From IMG/VR virus record IMGVR_UViG_3300034170_000057: a stretch of DNA of 64,000 nt; one strand, given 5' to 3'. Both the position numbers and the translations under genes were made by a program. Shown here one piece after another: positions 10,148 to 20,082 of this stretch. A model generated the notes under the pieces. That model was not told the DNA's origin. It did no database searches and was given only the letters and a program-made list of their open reading frames with translations. The DNA is from a virus (taxonomy: Duplodnaviria; Caudoviricetes). Each line of letters starts with the position of its first letter. Position 1 is the stretch's first letter.

Positions 10148-10439
10148 GTCCGAACAGCGGCCCCTTGAATGCATCCAGACAATGAGGGACGGGCGAACTC
10201 GCACGGTTCCTCGGCTACGGGTTGGTGAAGAGGCGCATTACACCGTGGATGGTGGGATTGTGATTACGACGTACCCGATTCCACCTTCTGATTACGTGAC
10301 CGAAATTCGTTTCGAACCGGGTAGCGGCGAGTACCCTAAATACATCGTCACTTATGCGGACGGTCACGAACGGGAAGTATCAAAAGAATATGCAGAATCC
10401 CTGCACAAAGAAATGGAGGAACGTCATGCAAAGTTTTAA
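10098..10439 (+). CDS. hypothetical protein
   Basis: 113-aa ORF, SD-like CAGGTG; alternative start at 10122. Confidence 0.5.
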   Translation: MEHESPLPMLTVVVNGKSEQRPLECIQTMRDGRTRTVPRLRVGEEAHYTVDGGIVITTYPIPPSDYVTEIRFEPGSGEYPKYIVTYADGHEREVSKEYAESLHKEMEERHAKF

Positions 10440-10716
10440 TCGCGGGTGCAGTATTCCACCGAACGGCTGGCCGCAACGCCAGCTGGAAGAAATGGAAATT
10501 TACCTTGCTCGGATGGCAATCGAGGGCAGTGCCCTTGCCGTTTCTGCGCACGTTCCTACAGGCCTTACAGCGGCTCGAAATACTGTAAATAAACCATATC
10601 CATCCACTTACACTACGGGGCACTCTGATGGCAAGGGAACTCAAGCCAGCCAAGAAGCGCACACTGTCCTCGGAACTGAAAATGTCCAAGGAGGACAAAC
10701 CGCTCAAGAAACTTAA
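10426..10716 (+). CDS. hypothetical protein
   Basis: Strong SD GGAGGA before ATG 10426; overlaps the next gene by 89 nt. Confidence 0.4.
   Translation: MQSFNRGCSIPPNGWPQRQLEEMEIYLARMAIEGSALAVSAHVPTGLTAARNTVNKPYPSTYTTGHSDGKGTQASQEAHTVLGTENVQGGQTAQET
10580..10591 (+). promoter_or_regulatory. promoter motif AWACTGTAAATA
   Basis: ATACTGTAAATA 36 nt before ATG 10628. Confidence 0.6.
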
Positions 10717-11503
10717 ATTCGAGCGGGAGGAAGAAGAGGCCAGTAAAGAACGGGAAGAAAAAACCAGTTCTATCCAACCGCGCCGCCGTGCCGTAGTGGA
10801 GAAAGTAAACAGCATAAGAAAGCCGAAGGGAAAGGTTAGCGCACCATCGCGCATGCCTGCACCATCCCTGAAATTCCGTTTTGATTCGGATCGCGTGAAA
10901 CTGCTGAAGTCGCAAGGTGTGGACGGTACTGCATTGCAAGTAATGCGTAGCCCGTTTCTGCTGGATGACGCGCTTGTCTCCATTACTCCGATGGTGCCGA
11001 AATGGTTGCCCGAGGATTACCAGATTGCAAAAACCAGTGTGAAGCGACAGATTGAAACCTGTTATCGCATGCTGACAAATCCGTTGCATGGTTCGCCAAT
11101 TATTGGCATTGGTTCCATGGCAACAGACGAACGTGCAAAGTTTATGGCAATGAGCATTATGGATGCAGCCATTGATCAGCAGCGTTCGGGTTCACACAAA
11201 GGTAAACTGCTTCCGGTGTGGCACCGGGTATTTGGCGGATACCAAGACGAATTGCGTGATGAAAAACAACGTCGAAACATTTCGATGGTTATCATTGCAA
11301 ATGTGGGACCAGACTCGACGCCGCATAAGCTGGAAAAGGTGCGGGACTTGCTGGAGAAGTACGACAATATTCCGCGAATCGTTGTAGTGAACGGGTGCGA
11401 CCCGGTTACTTTCTTTGCGGAGAAAATGCGAATGCCGATGCAGTTTGCTTTGATGCTCAATAGCAAGCGCAGTGATAAAGCCGACTTGATGGACATTTTA
11501 TGA
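10628..11503 (+). CDS. degenerate DnaC/IstB-like (helicase loader-like) protein
   Basis: Strand order IIGIGS...MVIIANVG...PRIVVVNG parallels DnaC Walker A / hhhhDDLG / PTIITTN, but the GKT and DD residues are missing; charged N-terminal tail. Confidence 0.35.
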   Translation: MARELKPAKKRTLSSELKMSKEDKPLKKLKFEREEEEASKEREEKTSSIQPRRRAVVEKVNSIRKPKGKVSAPSRMPAPSLKFRFDSDRVKLLKSQGVDGTALQVMRSPFLLDDALVSITPMVPKWLPEDYQIAKTSVKRQIETCYRMLTNPLHGSPIIGIGSMATDERAKFMAMSIMDAAIDQQRSGSHKGKLLPVWHRVFGGYQDELRDEKQRRNISMVIIANVGPDSTPHKLEKVRDLLEKYDNIPRIVVVNGCDPVTFFAEKMRMPMQFALMLNSKRSDKADLMDIL

Positions 11504-12282
11504 TCTCACTCGATAAGTTCGAAGAAATCAAAACCGACGAAGCCAACCTACACCGATTCATTGCAATGCTGGAACACGGCTACAGCTGGCTTAGCGCCAA
11601 GTGTATGCACGCGCTCGGCGGCGTAGGTGATGGTATCTACGAAGACGAAGAAAACGAAAGCGATTTCCCGGAAGAAACCGAAGCTGATAAGAATTTGGCG
11701 CCGGACGATATGCGCCGGACAATCATTAAAGCCAAGATCGAAGCACTCGATGATTTCGATCCGCATAAATTCGAAGACCCGGATTATTTCGACGAACCAA
11801 TCGAGTTTGATGAATTCAATCCAGATGAACCGGCCCCATTCAAAGAGCCGGCCGACGAAGCCCCTGCAATTGCGGATCTATACCGGAAGATCAAACAGCT
11901 TTCGCATCCGGACAAGATCATGCGTTTCAGCGCCGCCGACAAAGTGTTAATCGTTGAGATATTCCACGAATCAACCGAATTCATGGAAGACGACAATCTG
12001 GAAGCATTGGTATTCTGTTATGCCAAGCTACTGATCATTCGTCACGAACCACACCGCATTCCGGATTACGTTGAGGAATTCATTCGCAAACGTCATACGC
12101 AAATCTTGCGGCATATGGCGTTCCTTATGGAAAAGCCTTTTACCGAGGCAATTCTCGCATGGCGCGATGGCAATGAAGCGTGGGCAATTGTCCTGTTTAA
12201 ACGTTACCTGAAAGAAGAAGCACGCAATGATGAATTGAATCGCCAGCATGCACAATCCGATGAAGAGTATTTCAAGGATTAA
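11500..12282 (+). CDS. J-domain (DnaJ-like, HPD motif) protein
   Basis: LYRKIKQLSHPDK matches the J-domain helix II-HPD signature YRKLA..YHPDK; preceded by an acidic region. Confidence 0.65.
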   Translation: MISLDKFEEIKTDEANLHRFIAMLEHGYSWLSAKCMHALGGVGDGIYEDEENESDFPEETEADKNLAPDDMRRTIIKAKIEALDDFDPHKFEDPDYFDEPIEFDEFNPDEPAPFKEPADEAPAIADLYRKIKQLSHPDKIMRFSAADKVLIVEIFHESTEFMEDDNLEALVFCYAKLLIIRHEPHRIPDYVEEFIRKRHTQILRHMAFLMEKPFTEAILAWRDGNEAWAIVLFKRYLKEEARNDELNRQHAQSDEEYFKD

Positions 12283-12304
12283 TCATTACAAATGCAATAC
12301 AATG

Positions 12305-12329
12305 AGGGGGCCTATATGGCCCCTTTTTT
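12305..12329 (+). terminator. rho-independent terminator
   Basis: GGGGCC-tatat-GGCCCC followed by TTTTTT. Confidence 0.8.
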
Positions 12330-12351
12330 GTTGCCTGAAATCCCCTTTGCG

Positions 12352-12358
12352 TAATTTA
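12352..12358 (+). promoter_or_regulatory. putative late promoter motif TAATTTA
   Basis: Intergenic, after a terminator and before sheath 1; the same motif precedes other virion/lysis genes. Confidence 0.5.
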
Positions 12359-12425
12359 AATACAGGAAATGCGTTTATTCGCGATTCTTATTTCCCGTAT
12401 TCCAACCATATAAGGGGTTTCATCC

Positions 12426-14066
12426 ATGGCTTTTACTAACTCCAGTGCTGGGGTTTATGATCAGGATCGCGATGTAAGCGGACGCGGTTCACCGGTCATT
12501 AGTTCTATCGCAGCAGCTGTAATCGAGGCCGGTCGCGGCTCCACGTCGGAATGGATTTACGTTACCGACAAACAAGATTTGCAGGAAAAGTTCGGTGTTA
12601 AGGACTATTCCAAATACGGTTACGGCATGCATTGTGCTGAACACGTTTTGGCACAAACTGCAATGTGGCTCAAACGCGCAACAAACGCGGCCACCGCCCG
12701 TACCGCTGGCGCTTATTTGAGCGTTGACGATACCGCTGCATCGGAACCAGTTTTGAAGCTGGTGAATTTCGACGACGGTTCGAATAAACCCCAAGGCGTA
12801 TTGGGCAATCCGCTCGACGTACTGGGTTTCAACGTGAGTGATGCGGGCGTTAAAAACGTATTGCTTTACGTTTGTGCAAATTCGCCGGGTGAATGGGCAA
12901 CCACAATTACCGTTCGCGTGCGTCCGGGCAATCCAGAAGGCACCGAGGTTGGCGAGTACACCGACGCTACCCATTTCTATCTGGAAGTTTTCCTGAATTA
13001 TCAGGGCAGCTCCAGCCTTCCGGTTGAATCCTATCTGTGTTCGCGTAAATACGAACTGGATGGCGAAGGCAATCAGATGTTTGTCGAGTCGCGTGTAAAC
13101 TCGTTCTCGCAATACATCAAAGTGAAAAACAACACGCTTTGCCCAGCTGTTGAAATTCACACCACCACGTTCGAAAAACTCGATGGTGGTAACGATGGCG
13201 TTCGCGCTACCGAAGCCGAAGTTATTAACGCGTGGGACGGTATCGACGACACCGATCAATACGCGGTTCAAATGCTGGTTGGTTGCGGCCAAGAAAGCCC
13301 GGTTGTTCATCGTCGTCAGGATACCGTGGCTCAAACCCGTGGTGATGCGATTTCGATCATCGACCTGCCGTATGCATTCGAGGAAGTTTCGCGTGCAGTG
13401 AATTACCGTCGCAATACGCTGAACCTGAGTTCCAGCTATTCGGCAATGTACGGCCCGCGTGGTCAAATCACCGACGACATTTCGGGCAAGAAGTTTTTCT
13501 GCCCTATTTCCGGTTTGGTTGCCGCGCAATACGCGTTTACCGACCGCGTTCGTGCCTACTACTGGGCACCGGCTGGTTTGAATCGTGGTCAGGTAAAAGT
13601 CACGGATCTTTCCAAGAAATACTCGTTGCGTGAGCGTAACGCTTTGCAACAGGCGCAAATCAACTACGTGCGTCGGATTCCGGGCCGTGGTTTCGTGATC
13701 ATGGAACAGCTGACTTTGCAGAATTTCGCGTCTGGTTTCCAGAACGTGAACGTGCGTCGTCTGGTTAACGGTATCAAGGCAATGATCCGCAAAGCCTTCT
13801 TGCCGTCGGTATTTAACCCGGCTGACGATTACGAACGCAAACAGCTGAAAAACATCGTTGACGCCGAAGCAGCCTCGGTTAAACGCGGTCGTGGTTTGTA
13901 CGAATGGGAAACCGTTTGCGACAGCCGGAACAACAAACCGGCAGATATTGCGAATAACGATATCAACCTCGATTTCGTAATCGACCCAAGCATTCCGGCC
14001 AGCCGTGCTTCCCTGACCGCCGATATCCGTAACGCCGGTTCCTCTATCAACTTCCAAGAGAATTAA
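12426..14066 (+). CDS. contractile tail sheath protein, paralogue 1
   Basis: N-terminal SAGVY; YYWAPAGLNRG; INYVRRIPGRGFVIM; NVNVRRL; 546 aa. Confidence 0.9.
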   Translation: MAFTNSSAGVYDQDRDVSGRGSPVISSIAAAVIEAGRGSTSEWIYVTDKQDLQEKFGVKDYSKYGYGMHCAEHVLAQTAMWLKRATNAATARTAGAYLSVDDTAASEPVLKLVNFDDGSNKPQGVLGNPLDVLGFNVSDAGVKNVLLYVCANSPGEWATTITVRVRPGNPEGTEVGEYTDATHFYLEVFLNYQGSSSLPVESYLCSRKYELDGEGNQMFVESRVNSFSQYIKVKNNTLCPAVEIHTTTFEKLDGGNDGVRATEAEVINAWDGIDDTDQYAVQMLVGCGQESPVVHRRQDTVAQTRGDAISIIDLPYAFEEVSRAVNYRRNTLNLSSSYSAMYGPRGQITDDISGKKFFCPISGLVAAQYAFTDRVRAYYWAPAGLNRGQVKVTDLSKKYSLRERNALQQAQINYVRRIPGRGFVIMEQLTLQNFASGFQNVNVRRLVNGIKAMIRKAFLPSVFNPADDYERKQLKNIVDAEAASVKRGRGLYEWETVCDSRNNKPADIANNDINLDFVIDPSIPASRASLTADIRNAGSSINFQEN

Positions 14067-14071
14067 TTCCA

Positions 14072-14716
14072 ATGGAAAAACAACTCGTAGATATTCGCGA
14101 GTCGATGCGTGTCCTTTCGGACATTCAGAATCTCGACGAAACCAACCCGATCCCGATCCGCATCCAGAATTCGACCGTTCGCCGTGTGACCACCGTTGTG
14201 TGCGCATTGCGTGAACCGTACAACGAAATTCTGCCACTCAATGTGGTTTGGTTCGATTTCAACCCGAACCACGGCGCGTTCTACAACACCGCACGCCGTC
14301 GCGTTTCGAAAAACCCTGATGTGGCAAACGGCACAACCCATACGTGGGAAGTGATCGACACAATGGCGCAGTTTAACGCCGACCAGTTTTACGACGCGGA
14401 AGACTCTGCGATTCTGGCGCAGCATGACCCGATTCCGGGCGCGACTACGGCTGTCCTTGGTATCGCACGCCTGAGCGTTGCGCCGAAGGATGCAGCGGCC
14501 CCTATCGCTGTTGGTGAAGGTGATTCGCGTCTGACCGACGCCCGCAAACCAACCGATCACACGCACGCGGAAAAACCGGCTACGCAACTGAAAACCAAAA
14601 CTGGCGTTGTTACCATTTCCGGCAGTGCAACGCCGGTTATCGGTGCGACCCTGATTTTCAGCGGCAATAACACTGCTGGATGGCGCCAGCTGACTTCTAC
14701 CGACATTCAGAAATAA
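14072..14716 (+). CDS. short fibre/appendage protein with His-box repeat
   Basis: GIARLS...IAVGEGDSRLTDARKPTDHTH phage fibre motif; homologous to the N-terminus of the next gene. Confidence 0.55.
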   Translation: MEKQLVDIRESMRVLSDIQNLDETNPIPIRIQNSTVRRVTTVVCALREPYNEILPLNVVWFDFNPNHGAFYNTARRRVSKNPDVANGTTHTWEVIDTMAQFNADQFYDAEDSAILAQHDPIPGATTAVLGIARLSVAPKDAAAPIAVGEGDSRLTDARKPTDHTHAEKPATQLKTKTGVVTISGSATPVIGATLIFSGNNTAGWRQLTSTDIQK

Positions 14717-14725
14717 GGAGTCGTC

Positions 14726-17053
14726 ATGACGCTGACCGAGTTTGTTGACGAGAAAATCGCGATTGCTTTGAACTATCGCGGTCTCTCGAAATTCAACCCG
14801 GTCGAGATTATCATCGAGGGCAACGCGAAGAAATTCGTAGTCCTCGTTTCTCTTCTCGAACCGGATACCTTGACCGTTCCGTATAACGTGACGTGGATTA
14901 ACGCTGATCCAAATCACGCAGACTACAAAGTCCTGATGCGCCGTGTTGACGCAGAAAAATACGACGATAAGGATTACCGTGGTTCGTGGTCGGTTCTTTC
15001 CACCGTGGAAGAAATCTACAACGAAGAACAGTATTTCAAAAAGGAAGCTGATCCGATTCTCGGCGCAGTTCCTGATTTCCGCCCACCATTGGCGTCGGTT
15101 GACCGTTTCGGCGGTTTCAAACTTTCGCAAGGTTCGGTAATCGTTAATCCGTTGTCGCCTATCGTGGTTGGTGATAACGATCCACGCATGAGCAACCCAC
15201 GCGAAGCGCTGCCCCACACCCACGGCGATATTCCCCGCACCATGCTTTCCTGTGGTGATGGTTCGGATAATTATGTGACTGTGAATGGCACCGATCCGAG
15301 TGACGGTTCTTTGCTGTTTATCACCGAAGAAACCGAAGACGGAAACTTCATTGCCGAATGGCTTCCGCCTACCACCGAATTTGCGTACCTCGGCCCACGC
15401 CCTGTTTCGCTTTCGGTTGTTGGCCCAGCAGAGAAAGTTCCGGGTAATACCAATCACGTGTTGCGCTCTGACGTAACCATGGATGACGGCACGAAGGTTT
15501 TCAGCGTGCAGGCGACGTGGGAAGTTGTGGGCAATAGCGAACACGGCACAATCAATCCTGCTACCGGTGTTTTCCATGCTGGTTTGGTTGCGGTTGATAC
15601 GCCGGTAACTGTTCGTTCGTCGTGGAAACATCCGGAAAGTGGCGACACTGTTTTCATGGATTTCGTGATTACCATTATTGGTGATCCATCGCTGGTCCTT
15701 TTGGATCACATCGAAATCGTTGGCCCGACTGAGTTCCTGAAATCGGAAATCGGAAACTACACCGTTAAAGCCACTTACAGCGACGGCTCGTTCGCCACTG
15801 TTACGCCAAACGCGTTTGTTTCCAGCAATTCGAATGCCGGTTCTTTTGTTGGTGGTGTTTTGACTCCACGCCCGACGCAAATTCGTGACGTGACCACCAA
15901 ACTGTCGGCAACCTTCGCGAGCGCGGGTATTACTCGCACTGCAACGCTCGACGTGAATATCAAAGATCCAAACGTTTACCCTGCGTCGATTGCAATCACT
16001 GGGCCGAACACCGTTGATCAGGCCGCGACTGTTGACCTGAATGCACACGTTGTTTTCACTGATGCTTCCGAAGCCGATGTGAACGCACTGTGGACTTTGA
16101 CCAGTGGGACTTATGCGACCATTGATCAAACTGGTTTGCTGACCGCGAAACCTTTCACCGTGCCGGGTAGCAAAAACGTTGAAGTAAACGTTTCGTACAC
16201 CCAAAACGGCGTGACCGTAACTGCGAAGAAAACCATCGCAATTGCCGACACGAAAAACTGGCCTGTATCGGCTGCAATTACCGGTGTGAATTCCATCGCA
16301 CCACTGGAAACCAAACAGTACGTTTACACTGTGACGTACAGCGACGGTTCGCACGTGGATAAAATTCCGGGCGAATGGACAACCTCGGATGCAACGAAAG
16401 CCACTGTTGACGCAGAAGGCCAAGTGACCGGCGTTGCAAACGGCGTAGTTAACGTGCGTGCGACGTATAGCGAAGACGGTGTAAACCTGAACGCGACGAA
16501 AGCAATCACTGTAGAAACTGGCGTGGTAACAATTCCGCCAGCGCGTTACGGCGTAGCGATGTTCTCCAACAAGGAATTTACTGGCGGCCCGATTGTCAGC
16601 GAAATTACTCAAGAAGACCGCGACTACGGTGTGACCGATGAGACCTCCGCTAGTGGGCGTCAATACACCCATTGGACCGGCCTCGCTGACTTCGTTTCGA
16701 AAGTCATGACCAACACCGTCGATATCAAAACCGATGGCGTTGCGAAAAATATCGAAACCACAATCACGGTTGACGATTATGTTTACCTGATGTGGGATGC
16801 CCGCGCTGGCGACACGTTTATCGTGGACTTGCAGAACTCGTTCAACGTTACTTTCGACGGTATCAATTACCGCAACGATGTGATTGGTAACGAACAAGGT
16901 CTGCCGGGTTACGATGCAAACTTGCCGAAACAACTCACCGTGCAGTTTGACGATGGGACTGGCGTCCGTCCGTGGATTATCGTTCGTAGTGAGGCAACGA
17001 CTCTTCCAGAGTTTAGCCCGCGCACAAACGGTTACTCCATTAAATACGTGTAA
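14726..17053 (+). CDS. fibre/appendage protein with Ig-like (Big_2-type) repeats
   Basis: N-terminal ~230 aa paralogous to 14072; then repeats such as ITGPNTV...V.F.D.S...V...W......ATIDQTGLLTA. Confidence 0.7.
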   Translation: MTLTEFVDEKIAIALNYRGLSKFNPVEIIIEGNAKKFVVLVSLLEPDTLTVPYNVTWINADPNHADYKVLMRRVDAEKYDDKDYRGSWSVLSTVEEIYNEEQYFKKEADPILGAVPDFRPPLASVDRFGGFKLSQGSVIVNPLSPIVVGDNDPRMSNPREALPHTHGDIPRTMLSCGDGSDNYVTVNGTDPSDGSLLFITEETEDGNFIAEWLPPTTEFAYLGPRPVSLSVVGPAEKVPGNTNHVLRSDVTMDDGTKVFSVQATWEVVGNSEHGTINPATGVFHAGLVAVDTPVTVRSSWKHPESGDTVFMDFVITIIGDPSLVLLDHIEIVGPTEFLKSEIGNYTVKATYSDGSFATVTPNAFVSSNSNAGSFVGGVLTPRPTQIRDVTTKLSATFASAGITRTATLDVNIKDPNVYPASIAITGPNTVDQAATVDLNAHVVFTDASEADVNALWTLTSGTYATIDQTGLLTAKPFTVPGSKNVEVNVSYTQNGVTVTAKKTIAIADTKNWPVSAAITGVNSIAPLETKQYVYTVTYSDGSHVDKIPGEWTTSDATKATVDAEGQVTGVANGVVNVRATYSEDGVNLNATKAITVETGVVTIPPARYGVAMFSNKEFTGGPIVSEITQEDRDYGVTDETSASGRQYTHWTGLADFVSKVMTNTVDIKTDGVAKNIETTITVDDYVYLMWDARAGDTFIVDLQNSFNVTFDGINYRNDVIGNEQGLPGYDANLPKQLTVQFDDGTGVRPWIIVRSEATTLPEFSPRTNGYSIKYV

Positions 17054-17057
17054 CGTG

Positions 17058-17093
17058 AAAGCGGGTTGTCCAATTTCGGGCACCCCGCTTTTT
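17058..17093 (+). terminator. rho-independent terminator
   Basis: AAAGCGGG..TGTCC/GGGCA..CCCGC followed by TTTTT, after the 17053 stop. Confidence 0.7.
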
Positions 17094-17119
17094 CCGTTGA
17101 ATATGGAGAATATTTTCTC

Positions 17120-18787
17120 ATGGCCGATCCTAGCTTTGAGGAACTGTGGCCTGTCCAACTGGATTTGGTTGGTCCCGGTGCTCCAATAGCGGAGCGTTCG
17201 ACTTTTCAAATGCGGGCAGTCGTTACTTTTGACGACAATTCGCAACACGAAGTCGAGGCAGAATGGTCTGTTGCTTCCGAACAGTACGGCACGATTACCC
17301 TGAGTGGTTTGTTTACTGCTGGATCGGTGCAGGCTGGTACGCGCCCGGTTCAAGTTTTGTGCAGGTATTACCACGCAGGTTCGGATTCCACGCTGACGGC
17401 AACAGTTGTTATTAACGTGCGGGATATTGATACACCGCCCGCCCTGATTTCTATTTCCATCGGCGGTAAACCCGAGGTGGAGAAAAACACAATTGAACCA
17501 TACGTAATTACAGCGAATTACGACAATGGCTCAAGCGCAATCGTTGTACCGACCACTTTTGTTTCCAGTCGCCCCAGTGTCGCCACAATTGACACTACGG
17601 GTTTAGCGCATTTCCAAAAGATTCGCGGTTCTGCAATGGTTCGATTCACCGCCTCTTACGCAGAGCATGGTGTGACGCGCCAGATTTTCATGGACATTCT
17701 GGTTGTCGATTCTTCGATTTATCCGGTTAAGGCTTTTGTGATCGGGCCGACAATTGTTACGGAGCGCGGACGGGCTAGTTTTGGTCTGGATGTTCTTTTT
17801 GACAATGGCAAAAATAATGAGGTTGTTGCTAATTGGATCAGCACCAATCCATTGGCCGGTACGATTTCATGCACGGGCGTTTTCTGCGCCGACGCAGTTG
17901 AAGGTGTGGTTTCCACCACGATTATTGGCACCTTCGAATTTGATGGAATCGTCACTAGTGCGTCAATTGAATTAAGCGTCGTCGGCCTCACGGTGCGCGC
18001 TGAAGCAATTGAAATCGAAGGCCCTCCGAAAGTGCGCGAAGGCTTGGTTGTTCAATATTACACGACGTTGATTTTCAGTGACGGCACGCGTAAATCCGTA
18101 GTGGCGAAAATCCACACGGTGACGACTGTGGGCCACCTTGACGACGGCAACCAATTCTATGCGGCGCCTAAAGTTGAAGCGGAAACTCCCGTTAATCTCA
18201 TGGCGTATTACGAAAACCTTTCGGCTTATAAAACCATTGACGTTGTGCCGTCCACTACGCTGCCTGTCAGTTCGTGGATTGAATTGCGCTCGCCAATGTA
18301 CGTCGGTGAATATCAGTCGCTTAAATTCCACGTCGTTTATGCAGACGGTACAGACATTGTGCTGCCCGCTAAGTGGACGCTTTCCAATAACCATATCGCG
18401 TCGATTTCCAATGCTGGAGTTTTACACGCGGTGCAGGTAATGGAAACCGCAGAACTGACTATTTACGCTGCGCTGTCAATTAGCGGTGTTGAATTGGAAG
18501 CGAGTTTGCCCGTGACCCTTATCGACAATCGCACGTACCCAATCCATACCCGCATAGAAGGGCCGGAAACGTTACGTGCAATGGTGCCCACTATGTACAG
18601 GGCGCTAGTCGAATTCAGTGATGGTTCCGAACGCGTAGCAAGTGCTTTGTGGTTCTGCTCTGACGACAACGTTTCAGTCGTTCTCGGCGTTGTTACCGCA
18701 ACCGTTCCCGGCACTTACATGCTGCAAACTTCCTACACTCTCCAACACGAAACAGTCACCGCGACGAAAGAGATTATTGTGACATGA
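17120..18787 (+). CDS. tandem Ig-like (Big_2) repeat virion protein
   Basis: About six ~90-aa repeats (I.GP..V.E....Y.....F.DG....V...W.S......I...G); SD GGAG before ATG 17120. Confidence 0.75.
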   Translation: MADPSFEELWPVQLDLVGPGAPIAERSTFQMRAVVTFDDNSQHEVEAEWSVASEQYGTITLSGLFTAGSVQAGTRPVQVLCRYYHAGSDSTLTATVVINVRDIDTPPALISISIGGKPEVEKNTIEPYVITANYDNGSSAIVVPTTFVSSRPSVATIDTTGLAHFQKIRGSAMVRFTASYAEHGVTRQIFMDILVVDSSIYPVKAFVIGPTIVTERGRASFGLDVLFDNGKNNEVVANWISTNPLAGTISCTGVFCADAVEGVVSTTIIGTFEFDGIVTSASIELSVVGLTVRAEAIEIEGPPKVREGLVVQYYTTLIFSDGTRKSVVAKIHTVTTVGHLDDGNQFYAAPKVEAETPVNLMAYYENLSAYKTIDVVPSTTLPVSSWIELRSPMYVGEYQSLKFHVVYADGTDIVLPAKWTLSNNHIASISNAGVLHAVQVMETAELTIYAALSISGVELEASLPVTLIDNRTYPIHTRIEGPETLRAMVPTMYRALVEFSDGSERVASALWFCSDDNVSVVLGVVTATVPGTYMLQTSYTLQHETVTATKEIIVT

Positions 18788-20082
18788 TTATTTCCCTTGC
18801 CGCATCACCTGCTGATTTCAAGCAGTTCGAATGGATGTACAACGCGGGTAAAAGTTTTAAATTGCGGCTGGACGATACGCCTGTCACGGTCGAGGCTGAC
18901 GATTTGGTCGGTTTCCGTAAAGCAACACGGGGGCCGACCGCTGGCGCGTATCAAGTGGTACTCGCCAAATACCCGCAAAAGATATACCGGTCGATCAAAC
19001 AGGAACAGGTCGATAAATTCATCAAGCAATTCAAAGAGTACAAGGGGATTCCGGAAGCGCCAAAAAAGGAAGGCGCACGGCACCAGTACATGCGGAAAAA
19101 CCAGTTGGAAAATGATCGTCAGGAATCACAGTTTTATGTGAGCCCGTCGAAGCCTCGTGAAGTTCACAGCTACGACCGCGACGATTACCAATGGCGAAAG
19201 GTAATGCACCCTGTGAACGTGGCAACCAAGCATCACGGGACAACCCGTGCCACTATTCGACCGGGTGACATTGTGGGCATGCGCTACCTGCGCAAATCCC
19301 ATGGTGGTTATGTGATTATGCCAAACGGCGAACGCGTGTTGATTTCGCATGAACTGTACGAAGAAATCACGAACAATACCGACATTGAACCGCGTGCCCA
19401 GCAGCAGACGGGACTTGTTGAATTTGCCGAGTTGGCAAAGTCACTTCCTATCCGCTCGCGTGCAATTAAAATCCCGCGTAAACCACGTGACGTTATGACA
19501 CGCGTTTCCCGCACGGGCGTAACCGAAACCGCGAAGCATGTGGCGCGCAATAAGCCACTGACCACCACTTTCGATTACAAAGATATCGACGAAGATTTCG
19601 CATTCGAACCAGAAGACGAAGAAAACCTGTTGAATCCACCTGAAGAACAGGAAGATTTCCCGGATGAAGGGGCGTCTAATACTGTAAATAAAGGAGAAGA
19701 ACCGGGTATTACTTCGCTTGACGACGAAGACTTCGAAGAGGAAGACGATCCAGAAATGGACTTCCACAAAGATCAGGAAACCGATGAGGATGGCGAGCCA
19801 ATCGAGGATGACACCGAAGTAATTGCACAGGAAGGACAAGTGCTGATTGCGCGGGATAATGCCGAGTGGGTAATCGTCAGCCAAGAAGAGCATAACATGT
19901 CGGAAACGCTTGTGCTTTTCAACGAGGAATCCAAAGCTCTTCGTCATTACAAAGTACCGCTCGGTGAAGACTTGCGGAATCTGAAATCTGTTACGGTCGG
20001 TCGCATTATTACTGGCCCTGAGTTGGACAAGATTTTGGAAAAGGCCGCTGACCTTGAAATGACTGCTGGGAAACGTCTATGA
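18784..20082 (+). CDS. hypothetical protein with acidic region, possible internal head protein
   Basis: 432 aa; basic N-terminal half, D/E-rich tract; starts MIISLAASP like 26644. Confidence 0.55.
   Translation: MIISLAASPADFKQFEWMYNAGKSFKLRLDDTPVTVEADDLVGFRKATRGPTAGAYQVVLAKYPQKIYRSIKQEQVDKFIKQFKEYKGIPEAPKKEGARHQYMRKNQLENDRQESQFYVSPSKPREVHSYDRDDYQWRKVMHPVNVATKHHGTTRATIRPGDIVGMRYLRKSHGGYVIMPNGERVLISHELYEEITNNTDIEPRAQQQTGLVEFAELAKSLPIRSRAIKIPRKPRDVMTRVSRTGVTETAKHVARNKPLTTTFDYKDIDEDFAFEPEDEENLLNPPEEQEDFPDEGASNTVNKGEEPGITSLDDEDFEEEDDPEMDFHKDQETDEDGEPIEDDTEVIAQEGQVLIARDNAEWVIVSQEEHNMSETLVLFNEESKALRHYKVPLGEDLRNLKSVTVGRIITGPELDKILEKAADLEMTAGKRL
19679..19690 (+). promoter_or_regulatory. promoter motif AWACTGTAAATA (intragenic)
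   Basis: ATACTGTAAATA ~390 nt upstream of the ligase. Confidence 0.5.

Noticed and set aside
12359-12401. Stem-loop in the sheath 1 leader (GGAAAT/ATTTCC, GCG/CGC)
   Set aside because: Weak, AT-rich, with a large bulge; not distinguishable from chance without folding and conservation data
14063-17374. 1103-aa minus-strand ORF (likewise 26859-30821, 33775-36015, 12489-14237)
   Set aside because: Antisense shadows of codon-biased + strand structural genes; no SD, no recognisable motifs, and no minus-strand promoter motifs seen
19062-19068. Second in-phase A AAA AAG heptamer
   Set aside because: The -1 frame stops after 15 codons and there is no convincing 3' hairpin; probably ordinary Lys-Lys codons
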